Of a stretch of DNA of 64,000 nucleotides, positions 12,370-28,940 are shown one piece after another. Source of the DNA: Trichoplax adhaerens (taxonomy: Eukaryota > Animalia > Placozoa); assembly GCF_000150275.1 (NCBI RefSeq), contig NW_002060946.1, positions 6,052,597-6,116,596 of the forward strand, written 5' to 3'. A program made the position numbers and the translations under genes. The notes beneath the pieces are model-generated. The model did not search any database. It had not been told where the DNA came from and saw only the letters and a program-made list of their open reading frames with translations. Numbering within the stretch: position 1 is the first letter of the stretch; every line of letters begins with the position of its first letter.

Positions 12370-15300
12370 TTACTTCGAATCATCCTGACAATCCATAAGA
12401 CTTTCTGACAAATTATTAGGAGCTTCATTGCCTATATTTTTAACTGAAGGTTTCTGGAGAGAATACAAGATAAAATAGAATATGTCAATGTTTCAATTAA
12501 CTTCATATCCAAAGAGCTGTGAACGAATGGAAGAAAATGGAGATTATAACAAGCTATAATCAAATCTAACCGTGAAAACCGACGAAGACGGTTCGGATGA
12601 TCCATTTGCATCACTCGCGATTGAGGTACCACCACCCCGATTGACAGGAGATGGTAAACTAAATAATTTTTCAGCTGAATGCATAAAAATTTGTTTATAA
12701 TTAAATTATTTCATAAACGTAAGGAATGATATTATGATTACTAAAAGAAAACAGACGTACATAATTTATTGGTTGTTAGCGGATGACCGCAAGGTAATGG
12801 ACTAGAAATAGTCCTTTCTCTCTTGTCTGCATCACTGGTTAAAGATCGATTCATGCTGAATGATCTGTAATACGCGTAGAGACAGTTTTCTGTAAATTAT
12901 TAACTTTGATAGAAGCAATAACTTGATATCTATTATAAGTCGTTATTCCTCTAATATGGTCTCACAAAACTAATACCTATCCTCATCTGTATCAAGACTT
13001 GATTCGCTTTCAGATAACACCCGACTTAACGCAAGCCTTCTTTCCTGCTCCATGCTTAACTTTCTTTGTAATTGAATATTTTCATCAGTAATTCTTTCTT
13101 CTTCGAGAGCATAACTTCGACTTTGTTCTACAGCTAATATTTCAAGCATTGCAAAGATGATTAAAACCTTACTTAGTAATTATTTTGACTCCGTATTCAG
13201 ACTATATGAAAGATTATTGGACAAATATGCCTATTGATCACTTTACATGTTAAGATTAGCTAACTATTAGTTCAGTTTACTATCATTTCGTGATAAATAA
13301 AAGCAAGAACAATATAATCAACTTACTTCGAGTTTCAGCTTCAACTAATTTCTTTTTTAATATAGTAACCTCAGATTTTAATTCTCTACATCGTACAGTT
13401 AAATTATTGATTAATTCTTCGCGATTTAAATTTTCTATAGAGTCTTTTTCTTCGTTAGAATTTTCTTTCAGTTTCCCGGTCAATGATCTAGGGTATCATA
13501 AAGGGTTGTATTTCATAAGGAATAACGAATATAAATCGTTATTGTACCATGACTTTGGTACTCATAGCATTTTAAAAGGAAAATTAATGTTACAATAATT
13601 TGCATTTAACGATTGATCATATCAGGTTACGTGATTCAGTATGATAGTTAATACTAATAGATCGTAACATTACTTCTTCTCTTGTTCAATTCTCTTGATT
13701 TTCTTCCATAATTTATTAACAATAAATTCTTGTTCATGTTCCAAAGCATTTTCTAAATCGATTTTTTCTCGCTGCAACTGTTTCAATAACAGAATAGGTT
13801 ACAAAATACTATCTATACACATGTTCCGATAGGGTAGTATCCTCAGACAAATTAGGGCTAAACTATTCAAAAATTATAAAATGACACTACGACGATAACA
13901 AGATATAAAGTTAGCCTTTCTCGTGTATCGTGCGTGGCAATGATTCTTGGCTAAATTACAATTTTTATATGTATTACTGCGGGAAATGACTCATACAATT
14001 TTCTCATCCTTACTAAAACTCAGAGTTTTCAGAAGAGGCAAAAAATCATGTCGGAGTAATCTTTGATTTTTTGCCATAATATATTCGTATTTCATGCATT
14101 GATCTACAAGTACAACAATAATATCGATTATATTACCCTTTCCAGATTATCTTGTTTAACCGAAATATCGCGTTCAAGTTTATTAATTCTTCTTGATAAC
14201 TTTACAACTTGATTTTCCTGTTCCGCTTCTAGGCTTTTTTCCAATTGAACCTTTTCTTTACGTAGCTAATAAAATTGTACAATTCGACAGGGTCAATGAT
14301 TTGCGGGTAAACTTTATATTAGTGAAATGATTTTAATGCCATTGCACTGATCTATTTAATTAATTAATAATAGTATCAATATCAATAGCAGCGTGACCTA
14401 GACTTGAGAGTTATAGTACCTGAGCTAATTGACGAGTTAAATCATTTGTTAGGTATTCTTCTTCTTGCTCATAATTAGTTGCTAGTGTTTCCTTTTCTTT
14501 CTTTAGACACTGTATTTTCTTGAGTAAGGTATTGGAAATATACTCTTCCTCTTGTTCCGCACGTACTTGCTATTTATAAATAAATAACAGCAGATAAACC
14601 GAATGATATTATTAGTACTGTGTATAGCATGTATGGAATAGCTCATTGAATGGATGACGGCGTTCTAATAAAGTGTACACAGTACATACTCGTATGTACT
14701 AAGATATATTCTATCAAGAGACATGAAAACTGCAATCATTTTTAGATCGTTTATCTCCACTGTACTCCAAGAGATATTAACCGTCCATCTACAGTACTAT
14801 TTTAGGTCGTCAGTATGGTACTGTATTGCATGCAGCCAAGATTAACTTGTTATACGTTGAGTATAACCATGGTTACAACATGACTTGATATGAATACTAT
14901 TTCAAGCTGATCTACGTATATGATATTGCATCACTATCAATAACTTATGTTGACAATCTATTTACCATAGCAAACTTGAATTCTATATTGTATGATCGCT
15001 ATTCCGATAAGTACAGTTATAGACTTGTAATAGCCAGCCATAATTTCATGGTTGACTATTTCTCAACCGAACATCATCGTAATTTAATTATCTCCTTGAC
15101 TCCCTCCTTGATCTACAGTATATATGAGTATATATATATATATATATATATGTCGTATTGGAGAAAGCAAGAAGAAACTACAGCATGACTACCGGTGATA
15201 ATCGTGCATACATCTTATTATTGACATAATTCCATTCTCATTTCCTGCTATAATGCAATCCATGCTACAACATGATAAGGGTAGGCTGATTGCTAGATTG

Positions 15301-15672
15301 TCATGCTTTCATCGACCAGTTGTACAGACAATTTTCAATCATTCGTCTATTCAAATCTTTAAGCTAGATTAAAATTAAAAGAGATAAATAACTTACAATA
15401 TTAATGCTGTCTTGATGAAGTTTTTTATTCTCTTCTAGTAAATTTTTAATTCTCAATTTCAGTGTTTCCACTTCCATTTTAAGAACGACATTCTCTTGCT
15501 GTAAAGTAGCCATACGATCAACTTCTCGCCTTCGACGACTGCTATCTTCTTGTTCGCTCGAACTCATATCACTATCGCTGTAACGATGAGCTGGTATACC
15601 ACTTGTATGACCAGCAGTAAGATTGAAGTTGTTATTTCTTTCATTGCTAGAGCGCTTATTTTCCTCCGCCAT
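12370..15672 (-). CDS. CCDC6: Coiled-coil domain-containing protein 6 (DUF2046/H4) orthologue, ~9 exons
   Basis: Spliced translation: [30 protein letters not shown]|[50 protein letters not shown]|[17 protein letters not shown]..|[48 protein letters not shown]. These are CCDC6 signature segments. Canonical splice sites; stop TAA at 12372-12370. Confidence 0.93.
15129..15151. repeat. (TA)11 microsatellite in CCDC6 intron 1
   Basis: Direct reading of the tatatata... run. Confidence 0.95.
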
Positions 15673-15829
15673 GATCCTTCAATGAGCAACTTTCAACTTG
15701 TTAACGCTTTTCCTGACTGATCTCGAGTGGAAAACGCATAAGCTACTCTCGATTTTGCTGACTTGACACTTGAAAGCATCCTGAGCGCAGTCAATCCGCT
15801 GTTTGATGGTCCAGTATGAGCTGAGTAGT

Positions 15830-16112
15830 GGTCCAGTAGTACTGTAGCATCGCTGTTCTAGTTACTATTAGCCATGGCAAGACATCCTAGGTGAGAAACT
15901 AGTGTACAGCAGCACTGATCACGACACAGTGGTATACACTGTACAGTGTACAGTGCACAATACTCTAGGCATCACAGTACCGTACTGTACTCTTCGGGTC
16001 CCAGTACGGTCGCGGCACGGCACGCAAGAGACCACTGGCCGAACACGTACCGCAGTGCCGTACGTGCGTTGGGCCTAGTGGAACAGGACTGCAGTGGACT
16101 GTGGGCCCACGT
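15830..16112. promoter_or_regulatory. Putative CCDC6 promoter region: CAGTA/TACTG cluster followed by a ~120 bp GC-rich patch
   Basis: Lies 160-440 bp upstream of the CCDC6 ATG. Repeated agtactgta/actgtacagtgtacagt motifs; GC-rich 15995-16112 with palindrome gtgggcccac at 16101-16110. Confidence 0.5.
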
Positions 16113-17580
16113 TAGTTTAGTAATCATAAGTAAATAAATAAATTAATTAATCTACTACAGCATCCATTTGAACGCGGTATAACATACACATTGATGCTGT
16201 AGAGTATTGAAGTAAATGCGTAATGAATAATTTGAAGTATTTCAGGGTATTTAGACGTCCAAAAGCGCCGTTATTAATGTTTCAAATATTGTTCAGGTCT
16301 GCCAAGCGCAGCAATAATAATTCAATATCCAATCCTTCAATATCTGCAAACTTTATAAAGCACAATACAAGGCTGAGGCCAGCTTGTGGCCATTTGTGCA
16401 ATGCAAACATTGCAAAACATGAATTTATTCATATCTGCCTGTTGAATGATACACTGCACTGACAGGTCAAAGTTATACTGTGTACTGTACGCGTATACCA
16501 AAAGTAATCAATCAATCAATCGTTCAAATCATATTAATCACTACCCTACGAATACGTTGTAATTAATGATACGTATCTATATTGCTAATAAAAGCAAAGC
16601 ATGGTCGCATGGACTTCTAATTGAAAAGTAAGAACAGTCCCTGCATAGACATATCCGTTAGACCTATCAAAGGTTTACGACTCCACTTTTTAGTGGCATC
16701 AGATAGAAGTTACACTAGATCACTCAGTGTGTGCTTCCCTCGTATTACGTGCACTACTTCACTCTTTCTCATGCCACTAATGCAAATTACTGCTTCAGTC
16801 ATTAACTACTGGTATTCTGACATCTAGGTAGTTGAATGAATTGATTCACAGTTGACTAGACTAATACAATCTGATTATGTGCGAAAATCGCACACGCATC
16901 TTGATGATTTTCTTCTTCTTTTGTAAACTGAAATGATATCAAAACTAATATAACTTCAAACTGCTACTTCTAGCAAACTGATTTGCAAAAGCCCTTTATT
17001 TCCATTTTCCACTTACATAACTGTATACAAGCAGTTTTTGATAATATTATTTCATAGCCATCGTTGATTAATAGCCTCGTAACCTTAATAAAATGATAAC
17101 AATTTGGCCTACGTACGAGTACAAGTATTTAACATCCGCCAACGTACTCGCTGTAACAGCTGACAAAAAAAATAATTTATTACAGCATTTTCAATATTCT
17201 GGTCTGGTCTTACCATAATATATGCACAACATCTGATCCGATAATCATCTTACATATACTTAATAGTCGGATCAGATATCCTTTAAAATCATTAAGCGAA
17301 TAATTAAGGAATGAATAAAAAATAGGAGAATATTATTTCTTGATTTATGGATTAAAACAAAACCTCTTCGATATACCGTATAGTATGTAATTAAGTGAAG
17401 TAGCGCCATGCAGTAGCCACCGCACAAGATATTCATTCAGCTTACTATGCATAGGTACAAACTAGAATCTGAACGTGACAAAAAAGATTAGTTTACAATT
17501 TTTCAAATAGATTCGTCTCATATTTAAATTGTTCATACAATAAATACTAATACAACGCACAAGGCCACCAATGTCTTATG

Positions 17581-20289
17581 CTAAATTTTTAAAACCCTCT
17601 TCATTAATTCGTAAGTAGCAAAGGAAACAGCTACTTGAGGTATTGCACGGTAGTAATTGATGCTCATACCACGATATAAACCTCCTACAATTCCGTACTT
17701 TTGAACTACATGAGATAACACCGCTCTCCATTGCCTGTAATAGCAATTGTAGAACGAAAATGAGTACTCATCAGCAAGAGTAAATTATTGTACTTTTTAG
17801 TTAAGCAATAAAGATAAAGTCTACGCCAAATAGAAATATAACAACAAGAAAGCTAAAAACTCCATTAAATATAACAAATTAAAATATGTAAATTACATAT
17901 ATTAAAATATAGTACTGTACCTTTCGTTATTGCCGTCAGGAATAATTGCTGCTAGCTGCATTTGCCTTCTAACTACATCTAATGGGTAACTATAATTATA
18001 ATAAAAGGATGTAAATAGGGCTCAAGTAATCTTAAATCAATAATTAGGTTACCCATTAGCGTAATTTTCCATATTGAACTTACGATATAGTTTGAGCAAC
18101 AGCTCCAGCTACTCCGCCACACAGTAGACTAGCTGGTATTCGTAACCTCTTTTCGCCATTATGATCGACGACTGTTGTGATGTTGATAAAATACTGTAAA
18201 CATAGCGATTTTAGGGTTTCAAAAGTGTAGAAAGATAACCCTAGATGTGAATTAAAGCCAAAAGTCATTGGAGGCATCATACTTTACTATCACGATAAAA
18301 CTTAGAAAAATTGAGGCTGATCATAAAAATATGTTATCCATTGGACCAGACACCTAACATATCAATAATATAATTATATAGTACCAGCATAAGGAATCAT
18401 TCCGAGTACTGTTGGAAAGTATCCCCTATAAAATGCCCTAATTCCGCCCTCCTAGCAAACACAATTTAAAATAGCAATAACTTACTAATCAACAATAAAA
18501 ATAAGAACATTGGTGTTATCTCTGCAAGTAAGCGTTCTTATATTACCAAGTTTCCCAGATATGTTTATAATCGTGTTGTTAATATTAGTATTTACTTACT
18601 GTCTGATATATTTTCTTAAAAGCGTGTAGTATACCATCATATAGCTGCAATTTACCAGTTACCTATCGATAATGTCATTAAAATCATAACGTATTAATGT
18701 AAGATCTTAGAATAGATTTCGGAAAATCAATTTATCAAAGTATCCAATCTAGCATCATATTAAAAAATTGAAGCTTCTTCTCACTAATTCAATCACCTGA
18801 TAAGCCAATCTAGCTCTTATCACATCAAGTGGATAAGTAAATGCAACAGCAGTGATCCCAGCTAAGGAACCAGAAAGTAACTTCATTGCTTGACCATCAT
18901 GGATGGACAATAATACCTATTACAACAAACAATTGGTTACCGACTAAGCTAATACAGTATGCATTCCAAAAATATAATTGTGCGGGTAAATAATTACTAT
19001 TATTTGCATTTGCATTTATAAAGTATAGTATATTGCTGCAATTAATCGTCTAGAAACACTAGTAGATTGACGTAATATTATAGCGCCGCATTGTAAGTCC
19101 ACAGCTATACCTTTTTATATTGCTCGTAAGACATAAATTGGATTGCGGCATATGGAAAGACTCGAACCATCATGGCGCCATTACCTTGTAAAAGAATGAA
19201 TATCAGATGCTTGAAATTGTACTGCTACTAATGAGAAGCTTCTAATCCAGCTTGATATCAATATGATAAATTGTATACTAAAGCAGTTTTAACAGTAGGG
19301 CATATACAGTTATTATTCCATGTTCCAGTAAAATTTGTCGCAACCATAATAGATTTTTTTAAATCTCTGTTATGGCAGCCGGACGGAATCAACTCCATCG
19401 ATATTTTCTCACCTCTGTAATACCCTTTCCAACCTTCGTTTTGATAGATTGCTTTAAATCCTCCAGCGATACCTATATCGATCATAATACTAATTCATTA
19501 ACGTTAATAATTGTAAAAATTACTACAGGTCAATAAATGGCATTGCAGCTGAGTTTAACTAAAGAATATGAGATCATAATACAGTATATATAGATGGAAT
19601 ACTAATACTAGAATCAGAATAAAGCAAATTTAATAATACTAAAATTACCAAGATGAGAATATGTTACACTTCTGGCTTGTAGCAATATTTTTAAACGATC
19701 GAGTGGTGCAGTTGTTGTTTTCGCACAACAACCAGCAATACCTAGAGAAATTGTTTAAAGAAATGACGAGTATTAAAAGTTGCGGTTGTGTAGTGAATTT
19801 TGATAAATATCTTCATTAAATTCATATTAATCTAATTTATTTATTACGATAACTGATGGTATTCAAAGCACCGATGAACGACAGGTAATTCTAATTGTTT
19901 CTAATAATAGCTATATTAGTGATTTCTTTTTCTTGATACTGTAGAGTGATATACCTACCAATAATACCATCAATGTAGTATTTATACTATTCATGTGGCA
20001 ATAATCAAACATCACAACATAAACAGTACGATGAGGTGATCTACAGTACTGTACACCATAGTAGTAATTGATAAAGTCGATAAAGTGAATTGAAAATATC
20101 TATCAATACAAGCTCTCTGCAACTATGTCGACAGCACCGCAGTTTGGAAAATAACGAGTACAGAGTCATTATACACACTGTAAAATGAAATCTATAGTCT
20201 ATGGCTTTAGTACAAATTAATTGCTTACCACCAGCAAAAAACGATTTGAGTATGTAATCTCTCTTACTGACAGGAGTTGATGATGCCAT
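17581..20289 (-). CDS. SLC25A16: Mitochondrial carrier, Graves disease carrier/CoA transporter subfamily, 10 exons
   Basis: Three carrier signature repeats: [38 protein letters not shown]. Also [47 protein letters not shown] and [28 protein letters not shown], typical of SLC25A16/Leu5. All introns GT-AG; stop TAG at 17583-17581. Confidence 0.9.
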
Positions 20290-21225
20290 CGAAAATCCAA
20301 TAAATACTGTGAATTGTTGTAATAGTTTAAATCGTGCTAATAATAATGATTAATTGATATTTCAATTATATACCAGTTCAAGGCAATGTAATTGTATAAC
20401 TCTGTCGGTCTTTAAAAGTCGAATGTGCTATTTTATAATGATGATTACTATCCTAAACCAAAAGAACTGTGGAGATGATAGGTCATTCCTCCCAACCAAT
20501 AAAAAAAAAATCAGCTATCTCGATTACTATCGTATCAATCGATAGCAAAAGGAGAAAAAGAATAATGTTGATGCTTGAGGTACTCAGCTTATGTCTACTT
20601 TCTAAGTGTATCTAGCTATTATCCACGTCAAGATTGATTGCTGCACTTCCGATTCATAACATATAGTGTATCTATCCCATAAACTTAATTTCTTAACGTC
20701 TGTAGATCCACATTATTTCACTTTTTTATCAATGCTTTATCCACATGGATCGTCCACGACGTCACTATGCATAGAATACGTAATAAGGCCGACAGCTTTC
20801 AATCGATGCTAGTACCGTCGTACTGTACTGTAATAATACTTGAGATCATATGCAATATTGCATAAAATAGTTGACAGGGTGGAATGATGCCAAGGCTTGA
20901 ATGCAATCTGCAATGTCTGTTGAGCAACTTTGAACCTTGTCGCAAGCTCGTTAATCATCAATTAATAAGTTTGTTTTTCTGTCGATAGTGTGGATGATTG
21001 CATCAACTCGGTTAATTGATTCAAGCGACGTTTACAGTGCAAAGGGGATGGAACACTGCAATGACCGCATAGTCTAGGGGACCGATCATCACACTAATCG
21101 CAAGGATATAATAGTCTTAACTCACACTATAGTCATTACAATATGGAAGATCTACGGTACTGTAAATAATGTGTCAAGTGCAAGAACGCTTATGATTGGT
21201 CAATTTACAGTACTAACAAGAGTAA

Positions 21226-21315
21226 ATACTGTAGTAAACCACAGTACAGTACAGTACAGTACTGTACAGTGCTGTGCTATACTGTACGGTATAGAAATAC
21301 TGTACTGTACTGTAT
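21226..21315. repeat. (CAGTA)n/(TACTG)n imperfect pentanucleotide array, left block
   Basis: acagtacagtacagtacagtactgtacagt ... tactgtactgtactgta. Confidence 0.9.
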
Positions 21316-21323
21316 ACCTAGAC

Positions 21324-21659
21324 TGGTCACTTTTCCTCGGGCGGACGGACTTTCCTACCAGATCAGATCGAAAAGTAGTTCCTCAGTACGATATTAATTA
21401 ATTTGAATAACATTGATGATCTAAAGTGATTGCTTCCAAGCAGAACTTAGTAACAGGCAAAAGAATAAAGTGTACTATTACTTAATTTAGAAAAAATCAG
21501 CCCTTTCAGAATCGACTGTCTGCATACTAAAGTACTGTCAAAATGAAGTGTTTGAGTTTGACACAATTTGTTGACCAAAGTTGGCCAAGTAATCTGTCCG
21601 TCCAAAGGAGTGAGTATTTAATATACTGTACAGTATCTGTCCGTCTGAAGGGGTGACCA
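21324..21659. mobile_element. Candidate non-autonomous DNA transposon (MITE-like), ~336 bp, imperfect ~25 bp terminal inverted repeats
   Basis: Left tggtcacttttcctcgggcggacgga (21324-21349); right tctgtccgtctgaaggggtgacca (21636-21659); a second degenerate right copy tctgtccgtccaaaggagtgag at 21593. AT-rich non-coding interior. No clear target-site duplication. Confidence 0.5.
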
Positions 21660-21934
21660 CTGAACAGTGTCCAGTTCAGCTATCCTCTTACTTTACTGTA
21701 CTGCGAGTGGTCCATGGTGACGGTTCCGGTTAAGGGATAATAATACTTTTGTTTACTATCTTGTTCACTATAGTAGTAACCGTAGGTATAGGCATGGATT
21801 TCTAGATACAGTATATCTAGTACTGTAGTCTATGGTAAATGGTTACACTTTTATTTACTATCTTGTTCACATGTTTACCACCTGGATTTTCATTCTCTGG
21901 ACTATTCAAGAAGTTTGTCTTAATAATTCCTTAC

Positions 21935-22197
21935 CGTACTGTAGAAGCATGCACTGTACACTGTACAGTACAGTACTAGCCCGTCCACCCTCTGTACAGT
22001 ACAGTACAGTACAGTACAGTGTACAGTACCACAAGAAATTACAATATCGTGTCAGTTCCACGGTTGAATCCCTTGACTCTGTCCGTACTTACACTTGTCT
22101 GTAGCACTGTAAAGTACTGTACAGTGTACAGTCTGTACTGTACTGTGTACAATAAGTACTGTACAGTACGTACTGTACAGTACACTACTGTACTGTA
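21935..22197. repeat. (CAGTA)n/(TACTG)n imperfect pentanucleotide array, right block, with palindromic TACTGTACAGTA junctions
   Basis: tgtacagtacagtacagtacagtacagt at 21992-22020 and many actgtacagt palindromes up to 22197. Confidence 0.9.
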
Positions 22198-23166
22198 TCG
22201 AGTAGTCCATGACCAGGATGTAAAGTAATTTTACTTAGGGTAAGAAATAGGCCAGCAAGTGCATATTTTAGTCCTATTTCGTCTCTGATATACTGCATGT
22301 TCAATATACAGTCTATGCTACCGGCAAAGTATGTAATTACAGTCCAGTACAACGCTGTACTTACTCAGCAAAATTTTACTGGTACCCTTCTGCTCTGTCT
22401 ACGTATCTGTCTGGCTGGTTAGTAAATAAAGAGAGCGAACGGTTAGTGCCTAGTAGTGCCAAATTGCCAATGCACGATTCATTACAGTAATAGACTGCAA
22501 TGGAAAGGGTACAGTATGGGAAAGGAGAGCAATAACCGCTTTTTACCGTTGTCACAACCGTCTCGTGGAGTATGGTACAGTACTGGAGGCGATCTTTGTG
22601 TTGATCTGCACATCGCCCATAGGCATAAGCCATAAGCTTTCCTTTGCATGTTAGTAAGGTGTATTTACAAGGACTACCCTGCAAAAAAAAGTGGCGGTGT
22701 CCAAAAGAAAATCAACTAGTTGGTACAGTGATGAACTGCTACAGGACCATTGTACACAAAGCGAGTTGTAATTTCCTGTTTTAAGCGGGTCAAACCAGTA
22801 GCTCAGGGCTATGCCTGAGTGACATCGACCACCATCGATCATACACTAGCACTTACTGCATACGATAAGCTAGACTGGCACCACCATAGGACAGGCTTGT
22901 ATGCAGTTTACGACATGAGAAGGGGTGGACTACTCATTAATGGCCATGTTAAGGGTCTCAATCGGCCTGAACAACAATAATAGTAAGAAATGATCACGAA
23001 TTAGTAATACATGACAGTACAATCGAATCGACCATCGGTCTGCAATGCACGACGGTACCGTTTAATTTGGATATATTTACTTTAGTATTTTTGAGTCCGA
23101 GCACACGAGTTGCATGAAATTGCATCACCACACGGACGCATCCATTTCCTCTATTCACCGTTCAAC

Positions 23167-26848
<3,682 letters not shown>

Positions 26849-28940
26849 TGCCTGGGTCAATCAAGCACACAACAGCGATTGCAGTGGATTCTGGAACGCT
26901 CATAATTTCGTAATTAAGTCTGTTTACGATAGCAAACCTTACCTCATTCGCTTTAGTATGCCTAGTTTTCCTTAAAATAGTTACAACATGTGAATTACTG
27001 CCGCTTAGCTATATCATGTAATAACTGTGTTATTTAATAGTAAGGACTGTTGGGATTATTAAAAACTACTGTGTTGCTGCTAGATTAATTCGTTTTTCTC
27101 GCTTGCCAATTCTTAATAAAATTTCGACGGTATTCGAAACCAACTGAGAAATGAGCATAGTAAGATCGATTATGTTGGTTAATGTGTCCGATAGATGTAA
27201 TTGTTTACGCTTCGAGGTAATAGTACGAGTAAAATTTGTTTCCCCACTGTTACATTTTTAAGGTTGCGTATAATTATATCCAATTTGATAACATAATATT
27301 ATTTAGATTAGTCATTTTCATGTCCGTATTCATTTAAAATTATCGTCTAGAAAATTTCTAGTATTATTACAACTAGACAGAGTTATGACTATTTTCGAAA
27401 ATTTTGGTAATGATGCTTAGTTAAATAAGATATCATAGTCAACAGTCTTAGAAGTCATACGTAACGATACTATCGAAAAAACCTCCCAAATAATTCATCA
27501 ATTATTTAATTTTTTATCCATCCTCACTTGTGTAAAATGTTCATGACATTTATTACTGTAGACATACAAATATACAGTACGGTAAAATATAGCTTAGCTC
27601 TTCTTTAGGAGTAGATTGGATTACACAAATTGTTAGGATTGCATGAGCAGAAATTGTTAAATTATCGCAATAAAATTTATTGATTAATTAATTATTACAA
27701 GACGCGTAGAGGCAGAAATTATTGGATTTATATTCTAGTGGCAGATGAAGGCAAACTTATACGGACAAGAAAAGCTTAAAATAAAATTAAGTTAATGGAA
27801 ACATGGGTTTTCAAAATACACTAATGAACTACGCTTATTCGACAATGGTTATGCTCCGGCTTGCCAAATAGTAGTTAAATCAAAATTGTAACTTAATCAT
27901 GCACATTCGGGTGTATAGGTTATATAAAAAAGCGTCTACAATTTTAGTAAGACAAAATAGCGATTTTATAATTAGGTGATAGCTAGTACAAGATGTTTCG
28001 TGGAGATACACGCAATTAGAGCACAATAGGATCACTATTACTTATGAAATCAAGAATTGAATGAATTTAATGCAATGAAAAATCAACGGTTATATGCAGA
28101 AACTCAGATAATCAACATTACAAGTATGAAATTAAAATGATCATATACCAATATATTAATGAACATTGAACAGCATCAAATTAACACACTTTTTCGTTTT
28201 GTAATATTAACTGCACGATAAGGATTTTAGCCAACGCCAAAATCAACACTACAACGGCGTGCACGTATTCCTATAAAATATTACCCAATACATATACGCA
28301 TTCGCTAGTGACTTTAGCCCTATTTCTATCATTTATATATCACAAATAAACGACTGGCTTTCCTTATACAATCTATTGCATGTTGCTGCAACAATGAAGT
28401 ATTATATATTTATAAACAGCAAAGCGAATGATGGAATTACGATTCTTGAACATTTTGTTGACATACTCATAATTAACTATGTTAGAATAATTATCCTTCT
28501 ATTCTACAGTATAATAAGAGCGGGAGATAAAAATGGGAAAGTGCAATAGTCTATCATTTTGTTACTCGATTTATTGAGTTAAGAATCAATGGGAATACTG
28601 TGCTCAAGAAGTGATTACAGCATCATTCTTGAGCAGTTACAATAAACTAATTCACTTCATAGATTGGTCGTTAAATCGTTCTTAGTTAGGTGATATTTAT
28701 TGGTCTGAAATATGACGCTATAAAACTTTGCTACATGCTGATTAATCTTTTATTATGTGTACTATTGATAATCAGTTTCCATACTACAGCACATATTATG
28801 CTTATATGTATTACTGTTGCAATAGTAACGGTAGCAATTTAAAAGCCAATCGGTGCTTGATGATTGAAGTTCTTTACCACTCTATCATTGCTTAACGTAA
28901 TCCAGATATTATGATGGAAAGTCTTACTCCAGTTCTACCA

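Larger units (their letters stand above)
20290..23166. promoter_or_regulatory. Divergent (head-to-head) intergenic/promoter region of SLC25A16 and ADH5
   Basis: ATG of SLC25A16 at 20289 (-) and of ADH5 at 23167 (+); elevated GC and dense CAGTA motifs between them. Confidence 0.6.

Noticed and set aside
16223-16462. Cys/His-containing ORF between CCDC6 and SLC25A16 (possible zinc-finger or transposase remnant)
   Set aside because: Cys/His spacing fits no finger I recognise; no neighbouring exons.
22051-22080. B-box-like ggttgaatccc suggesting a tRNA or SINE
   Set aside because: One base short of GGTTCGAATCC; no cloverleaf, A box or acceptor stem found.
21226-22197. CRISPR-like repeat/spacer appearance
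   Set aside because: Units are 5-bp microsatellite motifs without constant 25-45 bp repeats and spacers; eukaryotic context and no cas genes.
21171-22228. ORFs 21171..21401, 21832..22104 and 22019..22228 with STVQY/YCTV repeats
   Set aside because: They are translations of the stop-free (CAGTA)n repeat, with no splice or homology support.
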